Source: an uncultured virus (IMG/VR IMGVR_UViG_3300021255_003627)
Lineage: Duplodnaviria; Heunggongvirae; Uroviricota; Caudoviricetes
Length of the DNA: 64,000 bases
IMG/VR virus record: IMGVR_UViG_3300021255_003627
Reading direction: 5' to 3' (one strand)
In this document: positions 11,926 to 21,918 of the stretch, piece by piece
Position numbering within the stretch: the stretch's first letter is position 1
Layout of the letters: each line of letters opens with the position of its first letter
Program-made: the position numbers and the translations under genes
The notes under the pieces: model-generated
What the model saw: the letters and a program-made list of their open reading frames with translations, nothing else
What the model was told of the DNA's origin: nothing
Databases searched by the model: none

Positions 11926-12843
11926 ATGGGAAGTTTAGGTGCTTATGGGACGATAATCCCGATAAATATCTCAAATTCGGACATTTCGAACCTTGTAGAT
12001 ATTTCTTATGTGTACCATGAGACTAGGTCGTATGACTCTTTGTCTAAAACAAGGTTCAAACACTTGGACTCAAGTGTGCTTACACAAGCAAAAAGAGAAA
12101 TGGTTAACGGTGATGCTGACGAGTATGTCGAAGGCATGTACAATTTGCAGTTACCTTTGAGTGAATTCAACAAAAAGGGCTTTTACACCGTTTACATCAA
12201 GCCAAAGGAAATAGAGGCGGTGATTACGGATGTCGGAACGCTTACGGCATTCCCCAATGTGAGGGGCTTGGTCATAGATACCACACAGATTAATAACAAT
12301 AGCATTCAAACCAAGGCAAAGAATAACAATGACTTGGTTGGGTATAGAATAATATATCTTAATGATTCTGGCCAGAGACAAGACTATTATAGGATAATTA
12401 CGTCGAATAATAAATGTGAGCCAGTGGTCAGCGCACCGAACTCCTCTAGCGACAAATCCTATACATATAGATACGAGGACTCCTCGTCTCTCATTTTTGT
12501 AACGGTATCTCCGTCGTCGGCACCAACGTTTAAACAGAATTGGTTGCCATATATTGGGAAACCTACGCAGAAAATCTTACTTGTCAACACCTATTTCGAG
12601 CCGATACAACTTGACATAGAATTAGTTGACCATGATTTCGATACAATCAGCTTTATGCTTGAGGGTAATCAGTTGAGGGATTTGGATAACGGTCTTGTAA
12701 CTACGTACAACAACGAGAATGCCATTTACGTACAACACGAGCATTACACACTCAAGAGCCAGTATACGGGACAGCCTGTATACGAAGTCAAGAAGAACAA
12801 GAAGGACAGTATTGACTTTAGCCAAACAATCGGTAACAAATAG
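11926..12843 (+). CDS. Hypothetical 305-aa protein, putative baseplate component
   Basis: Clean ORF with A-rich leader within the structural operon. Confidence 0.5.
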   Translation: MGSLGAYGTIIPINISNSDISNLVDISYVYHETRSYDSLSKTRFKHLDSSVLTQAKREMVNGDADEYVEGMYNLQLPLSEFNKKGFYTVYIKPKEIEAVITDVGTLTAFPNVRGLVIDTTQINNNSIQTKAKNNNDLVGYRIIYLNDSGQRQDYYRIITSNNKCEPVVSAPNSSSDKSYTYRYEDSSSLIFVTVSPSSAPTFKQNWLPYIGKPTQKILLVNTYFEPIQLDIELVDHDFDTISFMLEGNQLRDLDNGLVTTYNNENAIYVQHEHYTLKSQYTGQPVYEVKKNKKDSIDFSQTIGNK

Positions 12844-12857
12844 AATGTAGTACCGTC

Positions 12858-13113
12858 ATGAGCAAGAGGTTGACAACACAAGAATTCATAGATAGGGCGA
12901 GAGATGTGCATGGTGACAAGTACGACTACTCGAAGGTTGAGTATGTTAACGCCAACACAAAGGTGTGCATTGTATGTCCAAAACATGGTGAATTTTGGCA
13001 AAAACCATCAAGCCACTTACGAGCCATAGGGTAAAACTTCATTATATCAACTACGATGACGATGTCGAAACTAAATTAGAAAAAATACTCAAGGAAACAT
13101 GCCAAAATATATA
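12858..13113 (+). pseudogene. Internally deleted homing-type endonuclease (DUF723-like Zn repeat plus nuclease C-terminal tail)
   Basis: 12858-13034 encodes MSKRLTTQEFIDRARDVHGDKYDYSKVEYVNANTKVCIVCPKHGEFWQKPSSHLRAIG*. A second frame continues HRVKLHYINYDDDVETKLEKILKE, resembling the end of DUF559/Vsr-like nucleases. Confidence 0.7.
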
Positions 13114-16100
13114 AAAACACATAGTAACTATGTATTGAAAAAGAAACACCAAGATGTTTCTGACGGGAGAATCTGGGAACGCGACATCACCACAATCGGA
13201 GGTGTCAACCAATTCTCTCCGAGTCAAACCCCAATCTATAAAAGTAGTAATTTTATTATTACTGTCAGAAACGATGGGAATGCCTCTAATCAATATAATA
13301 GTACGAGATGGGAGAGTAATGGTAAAAGTGAAGTCTGGACTCTTGAGAACCTTAATGGACTTGTTAACCCAGACAGTAGTGAGAATGACTTGAAAATTGT
13401 CCTAAAAAACGACTATTACGATTTCTGTGATTTTGCATACTATGGCTCCTTGAGCGAATTGTTCCGAGCTTCTATCAATGATGCGGTTTCTAGATTTCCA
13501 GGAGAACTTTTTGGGACGTCCGAAGTGGCTTATTATTATACGTCTGCCATAACCATAGATTTTGATAGGATTGAGGAGAGTATACAATTGGGTGACAAAA
13601 TTTTCGATGACGGTAATTGTCCAAGTGTCGAAGTTAAGGGTAGAAAAACAACCATTTGCGAATTAAATAGTACCACAAAAGTAGAAATTAAAGATAGGTA
13701 TGTCGACAATCCATTCTCAATTGACATCCATTCCATCAAAAAACCATTTGATGCGGAAAAATTGAAATTCTTCGCTGATGGAGGATTCTCCAACTACAAC
13801 ATCATATCGAGAAGTGAGGACGGTTCCAAGATAACTAGTTGGAAAACAAAGAACTTCATCAAAGTGGTGAGGGACGAGCATGTCTTGGATTCCATTTATG
13901 GAAAGGATGCCTTTTACCGCGATTACTTGAAGCCAAACGTCTTATCAAAATACTTTAAGCAAGACAACAACGAAATCTGGTGGATGGAGAGCGACAACGA
14001 CGCCATCAAAGAGAAAAGCATTAAATATGACGATAGTCAAGAGGTAGAAGGAAGTGTTGCATATGACGCCTTGGTCGAAAGTTTCCAAAGCGGAGAGATA
14101 CGCGATGAATTCGATAAGTACCAGACTAAGTATTGGATAGAGAAAAGGGAAAGTGGCACTAGAGGGTGTGAGTGCGTCGAGTATTCAGCCTATAACAATA
14201 GATTCTACACCAAAGACGAATATGAAGATTGTAAAGCCTACGTCGAAAGGCTGAACGAAGATGAAAGTGATGAGAATATCGAGTATTTCATTGGCCACGG
14301 GGCTATGTGCTGCGATATAGAGTGCTATGTCAGCACACCTTGCAAGGGTTATAAGACCGCTAGCGTCTCGGCGTCGACAAATACTGAGACCGTGATTATA
14401 GACGCTTGGGTCGGCGACAACGATGAAATCGTCTACATGTCAAAGAATGCAAAGGGCGTACACATTAGGCCATTGGAAGAATTCGTAGACGCATTCTATG
14501 ATGAGTGTGACCATTTCGAGAGGATTTTATTGTCTAGGAAGACAACTCCGCTCTATAAATCGTCATTCTCCGTAATCAAGGAAAATGAGAGGGGATACTA
14601 CCGTGAGATGGAGACGTTTGTCTTCCCGACCACATACGGAGGCTATAATTTAGACGTGTCTGAATATGGCCTCAACGACTTTACAAGCCGATTGGCGGAG
14701 ATAGGCGCCTATTACGATGAGTTATTTACGGACAATTTGTACCGCTCAATGACCCATGAGGCAATCAAGAACTTTGACTGGACATATACTCGTGACTTTT
14801 ATGTGGGGGACGAGGAAGAATATGTCCATGGGGGTGAAAAGATACAGAAAGCACTTAGGGTGTTCGCTAGGGAATTTGATGAAACGCTGCTTTATATCAA
14901 TAATATCAAGAATGTGAATCGCGTCACATATGACGAGAGGAACAACATACCAGACTATTTCTTGGTCGACGAAGCCAACAAAAAAGGATGGGATACCATT
15001 CTTGTATACCCTTACGACTTGGATGAATATTATTATGACGACAATAATAATAAGCAGACAATTGAAGAGGACAAATATGTTGAGAAAGAACAATTGGATA
15101 ACAAACTTCAAGACGGCAAAAAGATATACCGTGTCTTCAAGCAAAACGCCCAAAACAAGATAAGGCCATATTCTAAGGAGTACATAGACAAGTTCCCAAA
15201 CGGATACTTCGTTGTCTGTGACGATAGCGGTGAGGAGAGCGGACCTTGTGAGTATGGCGACCAAAGCCTATACACATTCAAAAAGGCTAGCGCAAACACC
15301 AGCACTTACTATGATAGCAAAGTCGGGAAAATAAAAAACAAGATACAAACCTATTCCGATGAAAGGGAATATACGTATCAAGAGGCAAACAATGCGTTCC
15401 TAAGGAACCTAGTCATCAATGCAAATAACATATGGAGGCACAAAGGTACTTTGGAGGGTATTGAAATGCTGCTGTCTTTGTTTGGACTAAGAAGCAAGAG
15501 ATGGATTGAAAGATTACCTGAATATGAGTGTAGGGAGTATATGCCTGATTATGAGATTAATGAATATACTTCGTTTGCAGAGAGAATAGAAGAGAAATGG
15601 GATGCTGTCCATCAGATGTATAGGATAGATTGGATTAACTCGACGAAGACCATCGTCTATGACTATAGGTCTATGTCAAACTATACACAATATGGCGCAA
15701 TGCCAGACTATATCCCATATCAAGGCCTTCCAGTCTCTTATAGGGATGAATATATCCTTAGTGATAATGAACCTTATATCAAGGTTAGTGCGCTTGACTT
15801 TGATAAACCGCAAGAAACAACAAACGATAAGACCAAGGCATTCAAGAGGATTGACACAAACAACGGCGAAGTTGTCAGAAGGTATCTTTACCCAAACTTT
15901 GAGAAATACGAACAAATAGACGGAGGAGTGTTTTTTCAAATGAACGGCGGGTGGATGTCGAAGACATTGTCCAATTCAAAAGATGGAAAATATAATTTCC
16001 AGTTTGATGTTGATGACAACATAGCATATACTTGCCACGTTGCTAGAGGATATGTATCCAATAATGGTGATGTCAACGACAACCATCCAATATACAAGGA

Positions 16101-17313
16101 AACCGTAAGGAACATCAAGCGAGTCGACAATATCCAAGAACTCATATCCACACCAATTGATTCGGTGTCCGTTGGCGATATTGTCTATGTTTCAATGGTT
16201 GAGAAAGACATTGCAATTATCGACAATGAGGTGTTTGGGATAAACTATGAATACGTAAACGATAGTAAGAGTAAGACCTTGAGATATGTCACCTTGAGGA
16301 AGACTGGCGGTGTAATACAAGTTGGTGATTCAAAGTTTTTCGACACAACGGTCGTCGTCTATGACAAGAACTCAATAAAGACGATGTACACCCTTGATGA
16401 CAAAGAAGACGGATATGAGATTAAGGCTTACATCACGAGCGATGATAAGTTTATATGCCAAGCGACAAGTGACGATAACATCTATACCATTGATTCATTT
16501 GTGATTTTCGACAACACAGTATCGGATACCACAACCAACTATTTCATAATCCATGAGCCATATTACGCCAACAGGATTGCAACCGACGACATACCTAACG
16601 GGTGGAAAAGGCTAGATTCCAACGACGCAGAATACATAAAGATAAACACCATCAAGAATTATTATGGCGGAAATAACCCACACAACGGGAATATGGCATA
16701 TGATGGCGGACACGAGTATTTCACATACTTCAAGCGCTTGTTTAAACATGCGATGGATAACGACCTATTCGACGAAAGGTGCTATGAGTCCTTCTTCTAC
16801 AACTACGACGAAGAGATAGGGAAATATGGATTTAAGGGTTTGATAGACGAGAACGAGGATATAACGCAATACTTCCCTTACATACTGAATGATACAAAGA
16901 TTCACTATTTTGGGAACTATTACAAATGTGAAGATGGCAAAGGTAAGAGTGACTGCAATACTGTGATGTGGTACGGCGAAAACACCGAAAAGATGGCCGC
17001 ACAAAAGGAATCTTATAAACACATAAAGGGCGAAGATATCAAACTTGAAAAGTATATCCTAAACGAAGACGGTGGGATGATAAACGGTTCGCCATACGCT
17101 TCCAAAAGCGGAGACACAGTGGACGAGGTCACAAACCAAATCGTAAACAATAAAAGGCTGACCATTAAGTTCAACCTACACAAAGAATGGCACACAAAAG
17201 AAGGGCAGTGCGAGGTTAAGTATTTGGACGCAGTCGTGTTGCCGTACTTGGCGCAAATGATACCGTCGACTACAATAGTTGACATCGCTTATGTATATCA
17301 AGAGAAGAGTTAG
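13099..17313 (+). CDS. 1404-aa putative baseplate wedge protein
   Basis: IWRHKGTLEGIEMLLSLFGL resembles the KGT..GI motif of Tail_P2_I/wedge proteins; C-terminal QMIPSTTIVDI. Confidence 0.5.
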   Translation: MPKYIKTHSNYVLKKKHQDVSDGRIWERDITTIGGVNQFSPSQTPIYKSSNFIITVRNDGNASNQYNSTRWESNGKSEVWTLENLNGLVNPDSSENDLKIVLKNDYYDFCDFAYYGSLSELFRASINDAVSRFPGELFGTSEVAYYYTSAITIDFDRIEESIQLGDKIFDDGNCPSVEVKGRKTTICELNSTTKVEIKDRYVDNPFSIDIHSIKKPFDAEKLKFFADGGFSNYNIISRSEDGSKITSWKTKNFIKVVRDEHVLDSIYGKDAFYRDYLKPNVLSKYFKQDNNEIWWMESDNDAIKEKSIKYDDSQEVEGSVAYDALVESFQSGEIRDEFDKYQTKYWIEKRESGTRGCECVEYSAYNNRFYTKDEYEDCKAYVERLNEDESDENIEYFIGHGAMCCDIECYVSTPCKGYKTASVSASTNTETVIIDAWVGDNDEIVYMSKNAKGVHIRPLEEFVDAFYDECDHFERILLSRKTTPLYKSSFSVIKENERGYYREMETFVFPTTYGGYNLDVSEYGLNDFTSRLAEIGAYYDELFTDNLYRSMTHEAIKNFDWTYTRDFYVGDEEEYVHGGEKIQKALRVFAREFDETLLYINNIKNVNRVTYDERNNIPDYFLVDEANKKGWDTILVYPYDLDEYYYDDNNNKQTIEEDKYVEKEQLDNKLQDGKKIYRVFKQNAQNKIRPYSKEYIDKFPNGYFVVCDDSGEESGPCEYGDQSLYTFKKASANTSTYYDSKVGKIKNKIQTYSDEREYTYQEANNAFLRNLVINANNIWRHKGTLEGIEMLLSLFGLRSKRWIERLPEYECREYMPDYEINEYTSFAERIEEKWDAVHQMYRIDWINSTKTIVYDYRSMSNYTQYGAMPDYIPYQGLPVSYRDEYILSDNEPYIKVSALDFDKPQETTNDKTKAFKRIDTNNGEVVRRYLYPNFEKYEQIDGGVFFQMNGGWMSKTLSNSKDGKYNFQFDVDDNIAYTCHVARGYVSNNGDVNDNHPIYKETVRNIKRVDNIQELISTPIDSVSVGDIVYVSMVEKDIAIIDNEVFGINYEYVNDSKSKTLRYVTLRKTGGVIQVGDSKFFDTTVVVYDKNSIKTMYTLDDKEDGYEIKAYITSDDKFICQATSDDNIYTIDSFVIFDNTVSDTTTNYFIIHEPYYANRIATDDIPNGWKRLDSNDAEYIKINTIKNYYGGNNPHNGNMAYDGGHEYFTYFKRLFKHAMDNDLFDERCYESFFYNYDEEIGKYGFKGLIDENEDITQYFPYILNDTKIHYFGNYYKCEDGKGKSDCNTVMWYGENTEKMAAQKESYKHIKGEDIKLEKYILNEDGGMINGSPYASKSGDTVDEVTNQIVNNKRLTIKFNLHKEWHTKEGQCEVKYLDAVVLPYLAQMIPSTTIVDIAYVYQEKS

Positions 17314-17315
17314 CC

Positions 17316-17906
17316 ATGTTAAGTATTAGCGGAGAAACAAGTACGTACAGACTTGACTTGAACGAGTTTCCATACGAAACGAACACTTTGGAGATAGTAT
17401 CGGAAAATGACGGTTTCCCATTGTCATTCGGGGTAAAATACATTTCAAATCCATCCGTAAACTCGTTTGTTAACGGAACCAACGAACTTGTCGTTTCCGT
17501 AGACTTGGAAGTGCTGAAGGAGAAATGTTGGATATGTTTGGCAAATACAAATAACGAGACTTTCATGATTGAGGTTGTCCCGAACCATGAGATGTCTAGG
17601 GAGAAACATTACACGTTCAAACTAGGTAAAACAAGTGTTGAAGAAGGGGTCGCGGTAATAAATGTCATCTCGAAAGAAAGCGGAAAATACCACCCTTGGT
17701 CTATTACGTTAGACGGAAAGCCGTTGCCATATGAGATAACAAGGGCAAAGACGAAGATGACAGCAAAGTTAAAAATGAAACTTGAAAGTGATTTTAACGC
17801 AAAATTTGTGCTAACCCAAGAAAAAAGTGAGAAAGAAATAGTATTCTTCTTGCAGCATAAAGTGGACGGGACCTTGACAATAGAAGAAAAGAGTGATAGA
17901 ACTTAA
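17316..17906 (+). CDS. Hypothetical beta-rich protein
   Basis: 196-aa ORF at the end of the operon. Confidence 0.55.
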   Translation: MLSISGETSTYRLDLNEFPYETNTLEIVSENDGFPLSFGVKYISNPSVNSFVNGTNELVVSVDLEVLKEKCWICLANTNNETFMIEVVPNHEMSREKHYTFKLGKTSVEEGVAVINVISKESGKYHPWSITLDGKPLPYEITRAKTKMTAKLKMKLESDFNAKFVLTQEKSEKEIVFFLQHKVDGTLTIEEKSDRT

Positions 17907-18730
17907 AAGTTAATCACTCTTTCCTTGTCATTGTCAATATCTTCAATGTCCCTTACCTCGATGTCATATAGGGCGTACTCGTTGTCGACATCAACATACT
18001 TATGTGTCATGGTTTCAATGTCCCAGACAACAAAGCCATGCTGCGACACTGTTTCACCAAAGGTTTGCTGAATCAACGAGCCGCTATAAACAATTTCCAC
18101 GTCCCCTTTTTTTATAACTTGACGTTTGTGTATGTCACCAGCCATTACACAATCGCACCCATTAAAGTAGTTTCCGTCTAATGCATCGTCTATGACTGTG
18201 CCGTTGTTCAATGTGGCGCCGTTTATCATTCCGTGAAACAAACCGATTACCTTCTTCTTTTCTCGATTTTCAATCGACTCTATGTCTGGCCTCGCAAAGC
18301 CATCGTAGATTGAATATAACGCCCATACAATGTTTTCATCCTCAACCAATCCGCTCTCATATCCCAACATCATATCCAAGAACCTACAATTTGAGAAGTT
18401 CGCCGTTTCAAAAAGAGCCGTCAAGGTATCCACCCTAGACATATTATTGACAAGTAGGTCATGGTTTCCAGCAATGACAATTACGGTCGCAATCTCTTCA
18501 AGTTGACGTAGGAAGAAACTAGCAAAGGTAATCATCTCGTTCGAAATGTCTATCTTGGAGTGCGCTATATCGCCAGAAATTAATATCCTCACCTCATCCT
18601 TTTCGTATTCACTAGCAACCTCTCGGCATTTGTCAACAAATACAGACAAGGTCTCGGCGTATTCTTTCAATCGCTGAAATGGCCTGATGTGTATGTCTGA
18701 ACAGTGTATGACACATTTAATTTTTCCCAT
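17903..18730 (-). CDS. Mre11/SbcD-like metallophosphoesterase (gp47-like)
   Basis: SDIH, SGDIAH, AGNHD, FHG, AGDIHKRQ and YSGSL motifs. Likely start MGKIK at 18730, downstream of a TATCTTTG promoter. Confidence 0.85.
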   Translation of the reverse strand: MGKIKCVIHCSDIHIRPFQRLKEYAETLSVFVDKCREVASEYEKDEVRILISGDIAHSKIDISNEMITFASFFLRQLEEIATVIVIAGNHDLLVNNMSRVDTLTALFETANFSNCRFLDMMLGYESGLVEDENIVWALYSIYDGFARPDIESIENREKKKVIGLFHGMINGATLNNGTVIDDALDGNYFNGCDCVMAGDIHKRQVIKKGDVEIVYSGSLIQQTFGETVSQHGFVVWDIETMTHKYVDVDNEYALYDIEVRDIEDIDNDKERVINF

Positions 18731-18745
18731 AGTTTTACTTTTCTG

Positions 18746-18753
18746 CAAAGATA
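18746..18753 (-). promoter_or_regulatory. Bacteroidota sigma-A-type -7 promoter element (TAnnTTTG), representative of 13 copies
   Basis: TATCTTTG/TATATTTG, usually followed by CA, at 18746(-), 22493(-), 24689, 29900, 41665, 44874, 46978, 50763, 52018, 53923, 57659, 61473 and 62360. All are intergenic and upstream of an ATG, often with TTTG/TTGG about 20 nt further upstream. Confidence 0.85.
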
Positions 18754-18812
18754 TAAAAAAAAAAGCATATTTCAAAAATCTTTTGGCGAATAAGTTTTTT
18801 CTCGATGCGAAC

Positions 18813-18819
18813 TATTTAT
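18813..18819 (+). promoter_or_regulatory. Putative phage late promoter TATTTAT, representative copy
   Basis: TATTTAT lies 10-55 nt before ATG at 18813, 20092, 22567, 28148, 31391, 34748, 51947(-), 59504 and 61442(-). It precedes the endolysin, tail spike and leader-bearing genes. Confidence 0.65.
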
Positions 18820-18842
18820 TGAAAGACAATTGAAATGTGAAT

Positions 18843-19139
18843 ATGAAAAGGACGATAAAACTCACTGAAAATGAACTAAGGAAAATGGTTGCCGAATCGG
18901 TTAAGAGAGTTCTGAATGAGGGAAGGTACGGCGAAATAAAGAAACTTTACCACCAATTGATGGACAACATAGATACGCTAGTTGACTACTTGCATAGCGA
19001 GGGTTATGTTGGTGATGGATGCGTTGAAGGAAATAACTTAGTAGAGAAGTTGTTGTCAACGAGAGATGACATTCACACGTTTTTCGCACAAGCCGATGTC
19101 GGCGGCAACAAAAAAGTTTGGGATAGCGTAGGTTTTTAA
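18843..19139 (+). CDS. Small protein with LTENEL...ESVKRVLNE leader (putative capsid-internal protein)
   Basis: MKRTIKLTENELRKMVAESVKRVLNE; upstream TATTTAT motif. Confidence 0.6.
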   Translation: MKRTIKLTENELRKMVAESVKRVLNEGRYGEIKKLYHQLMDNIDTLVDYLHSEGYVGDGCVEGNNLVEKLLSTRDDIHTFFAQADVGGNKKVWDSVGF

Positions 19140-19164
19140 CCATATGCATTTTACATAAAAAGAT

Positions 19165-19195
19165 ATGAGCGAACTACAACAGTTCGCTCATTTTT
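19165..19195. terminator. Intrinsic terminator between convergent genes
   Basis: ATGAGCGAACT-acaac-AGTTCGCTCAT followed by a T-tract, with an A-tract upstream. Confidence 0.75.
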
Positions 19196-19220
19196 ATTAT
19201 GACATGGTGACACTTAACAC

Positions 19221-20048
19221 CTAAGCAATGATTTGAACGCCGTCGTCGCAGCAAAAATTACACTCACCATCATAACAAAAGCATGACCCATCACGGTCGT
19301 CATAGTTTTCATATATATATATTATTTCTGGGGCGTTACTAATGTCCAAAGAGGCCAGTTGGTTGTTGCGACAGTCTAATACTTTCAGCGCGGTGTTCTG
19401 CGACACATCCAAAGAGGTCAGATTGTTGTTGCCGCAGTACAAGTTCGTTATCGCGGTGTTCTTTGAGACATCGAGCGAAGTCAGTGGGTTTCTAGAGCAG
19501 TACAACGATGTCAGATTGGTGTTCTTCGACACATCGAGTGAGGTCAGTTGGTTGTTGTAGCAGTACAAATATTCCAGCGCGGTGCATCCCGACACATTGA
19601 GCGAGGTCAGTTGATTGTAGTTGCATTCCAACTTTTTCAGCGCGGTGCATCCTGACACGTCCAAAGAGGTCAGTTGGTTGTTGTCGCAGTACAACTCTGT
19701 CATCTCGGTGTTCTGTGATACATCAAGGGTGGTCAGTTGGTTATTCTTGCACCACAACTCTCTCAGCGCGGCGAAATGCTCGACGCCTTTTAGGTCGGCT
19801 ATTGATTTGTTAAAAACATTGAGCGAGGTCGTTGCAGCAATTTTCGCTGCGGTGATTTCCTCACCCTCGTTGATTTCGAGTATCTCGGCTAGTGCTGCTC
19901 GGAAGTTGGCGTCTGGGAAGTTCTCGGCGTTCAAGCGAAGTGATGAGTTTAAAAGTTCGATGTCGTCAATAATGTGGCCAAGTATTGGTTTATTTCCTTC
20001 TTGGTCATATTCTTGTTTGTTTTGGTATATTTTCAAATAGTTTTCCAT
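19221..20048 (-). CDS. Leucine-rich repeat protein (internalin-like Bacteroidales LRR, 21-aa repeats)
   Basis: NFPDANFR cap, then about 7 LxCxNNQLTSLDVSxNTAL repeats with 63-nt periodicity. Confidence 0.9.
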   Translation of the reverse strand: MENYLKIYQNKQEYDQEGNKPILGHIIDDIELLNSSLRLNAENFPDANFRAALAEILEINEGEEITAAKIAATTSLNVFNKSIADLKGVEHFAALRELWCKNNQLTTLDVSQNTEMTELYCDNNQLTSLDVSGCTALKKLECNYNQLTSLNVSGCTALEYLYCYNNQLTSLDVSKNTNLTSLYCSRNPLTSLDVSKNTAITNLYCGNNNLTSLDVSQNTALKVLDCRNNQLASLDISNAPEIIYIYENYDDRDGSCFCYDGECNFCCDDGVQIIA

Positions 20049-20059
20049 AATGTTAGAAT

Positions 20060-20084
20060 CTTATTAATATTAAATATTAATAAG
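20060..20084. repeat. 25-bp perfect palindrome (12-bp arms)
   Basis: CTTATTAATATT-A-AATATTAATAAG between the divergent LRR and amidase genes. Confidence 0.85.
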
Positions 20085-20138
20085 TAAGCAATATTTATCA
20101 TTAGAGGTTAATAAAACTTCCGAAAAACTATTTTAGGT

Positions 20139-20783
20139 ATGGTAATATTGATTGATAATGGCCATGGAAATGGCGTAAAGGGTAAGTATTCCCCGTTATT
20201 GAAGAACAGTGGGGTAGAGGTTGGTGATGAATTCAAGGAAAACGGTAGGTTCCGTGAATGGAAATACACTAGGGTGATAAGTGACTTAGTGGTTTCATCG
20301 CTGAAGGATATGGGATATGACGCTAGGTTGTTGGTCAGTGAGGACAGCGATGTTTCCTTGGGCGAGAGGGTTCGTAGGGTCAATTCCTTGTGTTCAAAGT
20401 ATGGTTCGAAGAATGTTGTCTTGGTGTCCATTCACGCCAATGCAGTTGGTGATGGTTCCGAGTGGATGGGCGGAAAGGGATGGGAGGCATACTCCACCGT
20501 TGGTAAGACCGTCTCTGACAAATTAGCGGAGTGTCTATACAAGAGAGCCGAGAAGAATTTCAAGGATAGGAAGGTTAGGAAGGACATGACGGACAAGGAC
20601 AGCGACAAAGAGTCTAACTTCTACATAATCAAGAACGCCAAATGCGCTTCCGTGCTTACAGAGAACTTTTTCTATGACAACAAGGATGACTTGAAGTTTA
20701 TGGTGTCAGAACAAGGTATACATGAAGTGGTCAGGACACACGTAGAGGGCATAGCAGACTATATCTCTTTACAAAGTACGTGA
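20139..20783 (+). CDS. N-acetylmuramoyl-L-alanine amidase (Amidase_3), probable endolysin
   Basis: IDNGHG, FRE, SIHANA and SVLTENFF Zn-amidase motifs; late motif upstream. Confidence 0.9.
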   Translation: MVILIDNGHGNGVKGKYSPLLKNSGVEVGDEFKENGRFREWKYTRVISDLVVSSLKDMGYDARLLVSEDSDVSLGERVRRVNSLCSKYGSKNVVLVSIHANAVGDGSEWMGGKGWEAYSTVGKTVSDKLAECLYKRAEKNFKDRKVRKDMTDKDSDKESNFYIIKNAKCASVLTENFFYDNKDDLKFMVSEQGIHEVVRTHVEGIADYISLQST

Positions 20784-20855
20784 ACCCTTTGTGTCATTTG
20801 ACAGCCTTGATAGCGTGCATTGTGAGCCGAAATTTGAGGGGGAATTATTGATGTT

Positions 20856-21890
20856 CTAAAAAAACAAGCGATATTCCTCTAATTTCTTACTTTCAGAAAG
20901 ACATTTTGCAATTCCCTTGTAGCCGTATTTTTCATATATTTCACTAGGGTCTTTCCCCATGTCGGTTTCAATTACCCTAACCTTGTCATACAGATTCCCA
21001 TGGTTCAGTAAGGAGTATATCTGTATTGCAGTGTCCTTTGCGTCATCGTCCAACCATACGTTGATGCAAGCCTTGGATTTGTTGATTAAATCCCAATAGA
21101 GTTTATAGCCTCTTTTTAGTGCCTTTCCAAGCAATGGTATTGAATTCGGTACTACTATATGGTCAAAGGGACCCTCTACCAACGTGACGTCTGCATCCCA
21201 TTGTATGTTTGACTCTCCGAATATGATGCTTGTCTTGTCGACCTTGGGGTTGTCGTATTTTACCCTGTTGAATTTGTCGTTGTGTGGTAGGTAGTCACGG
21301 CCAACCCAATAGTTTAGTTCCCCATATGTGTCATAAGACGGTATAATCACCCTATAGGAAGACCTTTTATTCTCAGTCTCTCGTTCCGTGTAACCAATTT
21401 TGTATTTGGTGATAATGTCCCAGCCGATGCCCCTATTTTGTAGGTATTTGAATGCAGTCTTGTTATAAGGCTCGTTTTCGCTGAACATCTTGAATGATGA
21501 CGGCAACTTGAGTTCTTCTCTCGTTACGACTGAAGTGTCGAAGTCTTGGAAATGGAGTTTGTAAAGTTCGCTGTCCCTAATTGACCTAATTATCGACATA
21601 TACTCGTTTAGGAGAGTGTCGTTCCCGTACAACCTAATTAACTTCCTAAACGAACCATGCATCGTCTCGTCACCTTCGGACGAACATTTCCAACAGCTGT
21701 ACACGCCCCTTGAAATGTTTGCCTCTAAGTTGAATTTACGGGCCTCTTGCATGCCATACTTCTCAATACACCTAGGGCATGGAAATTGGTATTGGAAACT
21801 GCTTTCATCAAATCCGCTTTTGGCCTCCCCAAGCATTGATACTAATATGTCATATATTCTGCTAATTTCGTCATTCATTTTATTATTCAA
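20856..21890 (-). CDS. DNA primase (Zn finger + TOPRIM; gp61/DnaG-like)
   Basis: CPRC...CWKC finger, YLQNRGI, LVEGPFD, WLDDDA and KDPSE motifs. Confidence 0.85.
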   Translation of the reverse strand: MNNKMNDEISRIYDILVSMLGEAKSGFDESSFQYQFPCPRCIEKYGMQEARKFNLEANISRGVYSCWKCSSEGDETMHGSFRKLIRLYGNDTLLNEYMSIIRSIRDSELYKLHFQDFDTSVVTREELKLPSSFKMFSENEPYNKTAFKYLQNRGIGWDIITKYKIGYTERETENKRSSYRVIIPSYDTYGELNYWVGRDYLPHNDKFNRVKYDNPKVDKTSIIFGESNIQWDADVTLVEGPFDHIVVPNSIPLLGKALKRGYKLYWDLINKSKACINVWLDDDAKDTAIQIYSLLNHGNLYDKVRVIETDMGKDPSEIYEKYGYKGIAKCLSESKKLEEYRLFF

Positions 21891-21918
21891 TTTTCTAAAG
21901 GCGTTACGTCTACCTTAA

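Noticed and set aside
19340..19760. 63-nt periodic repeats as a CRISPR array
   Set aside because: Degenerate, in-frame LRR coding repeats with no unique spacers.
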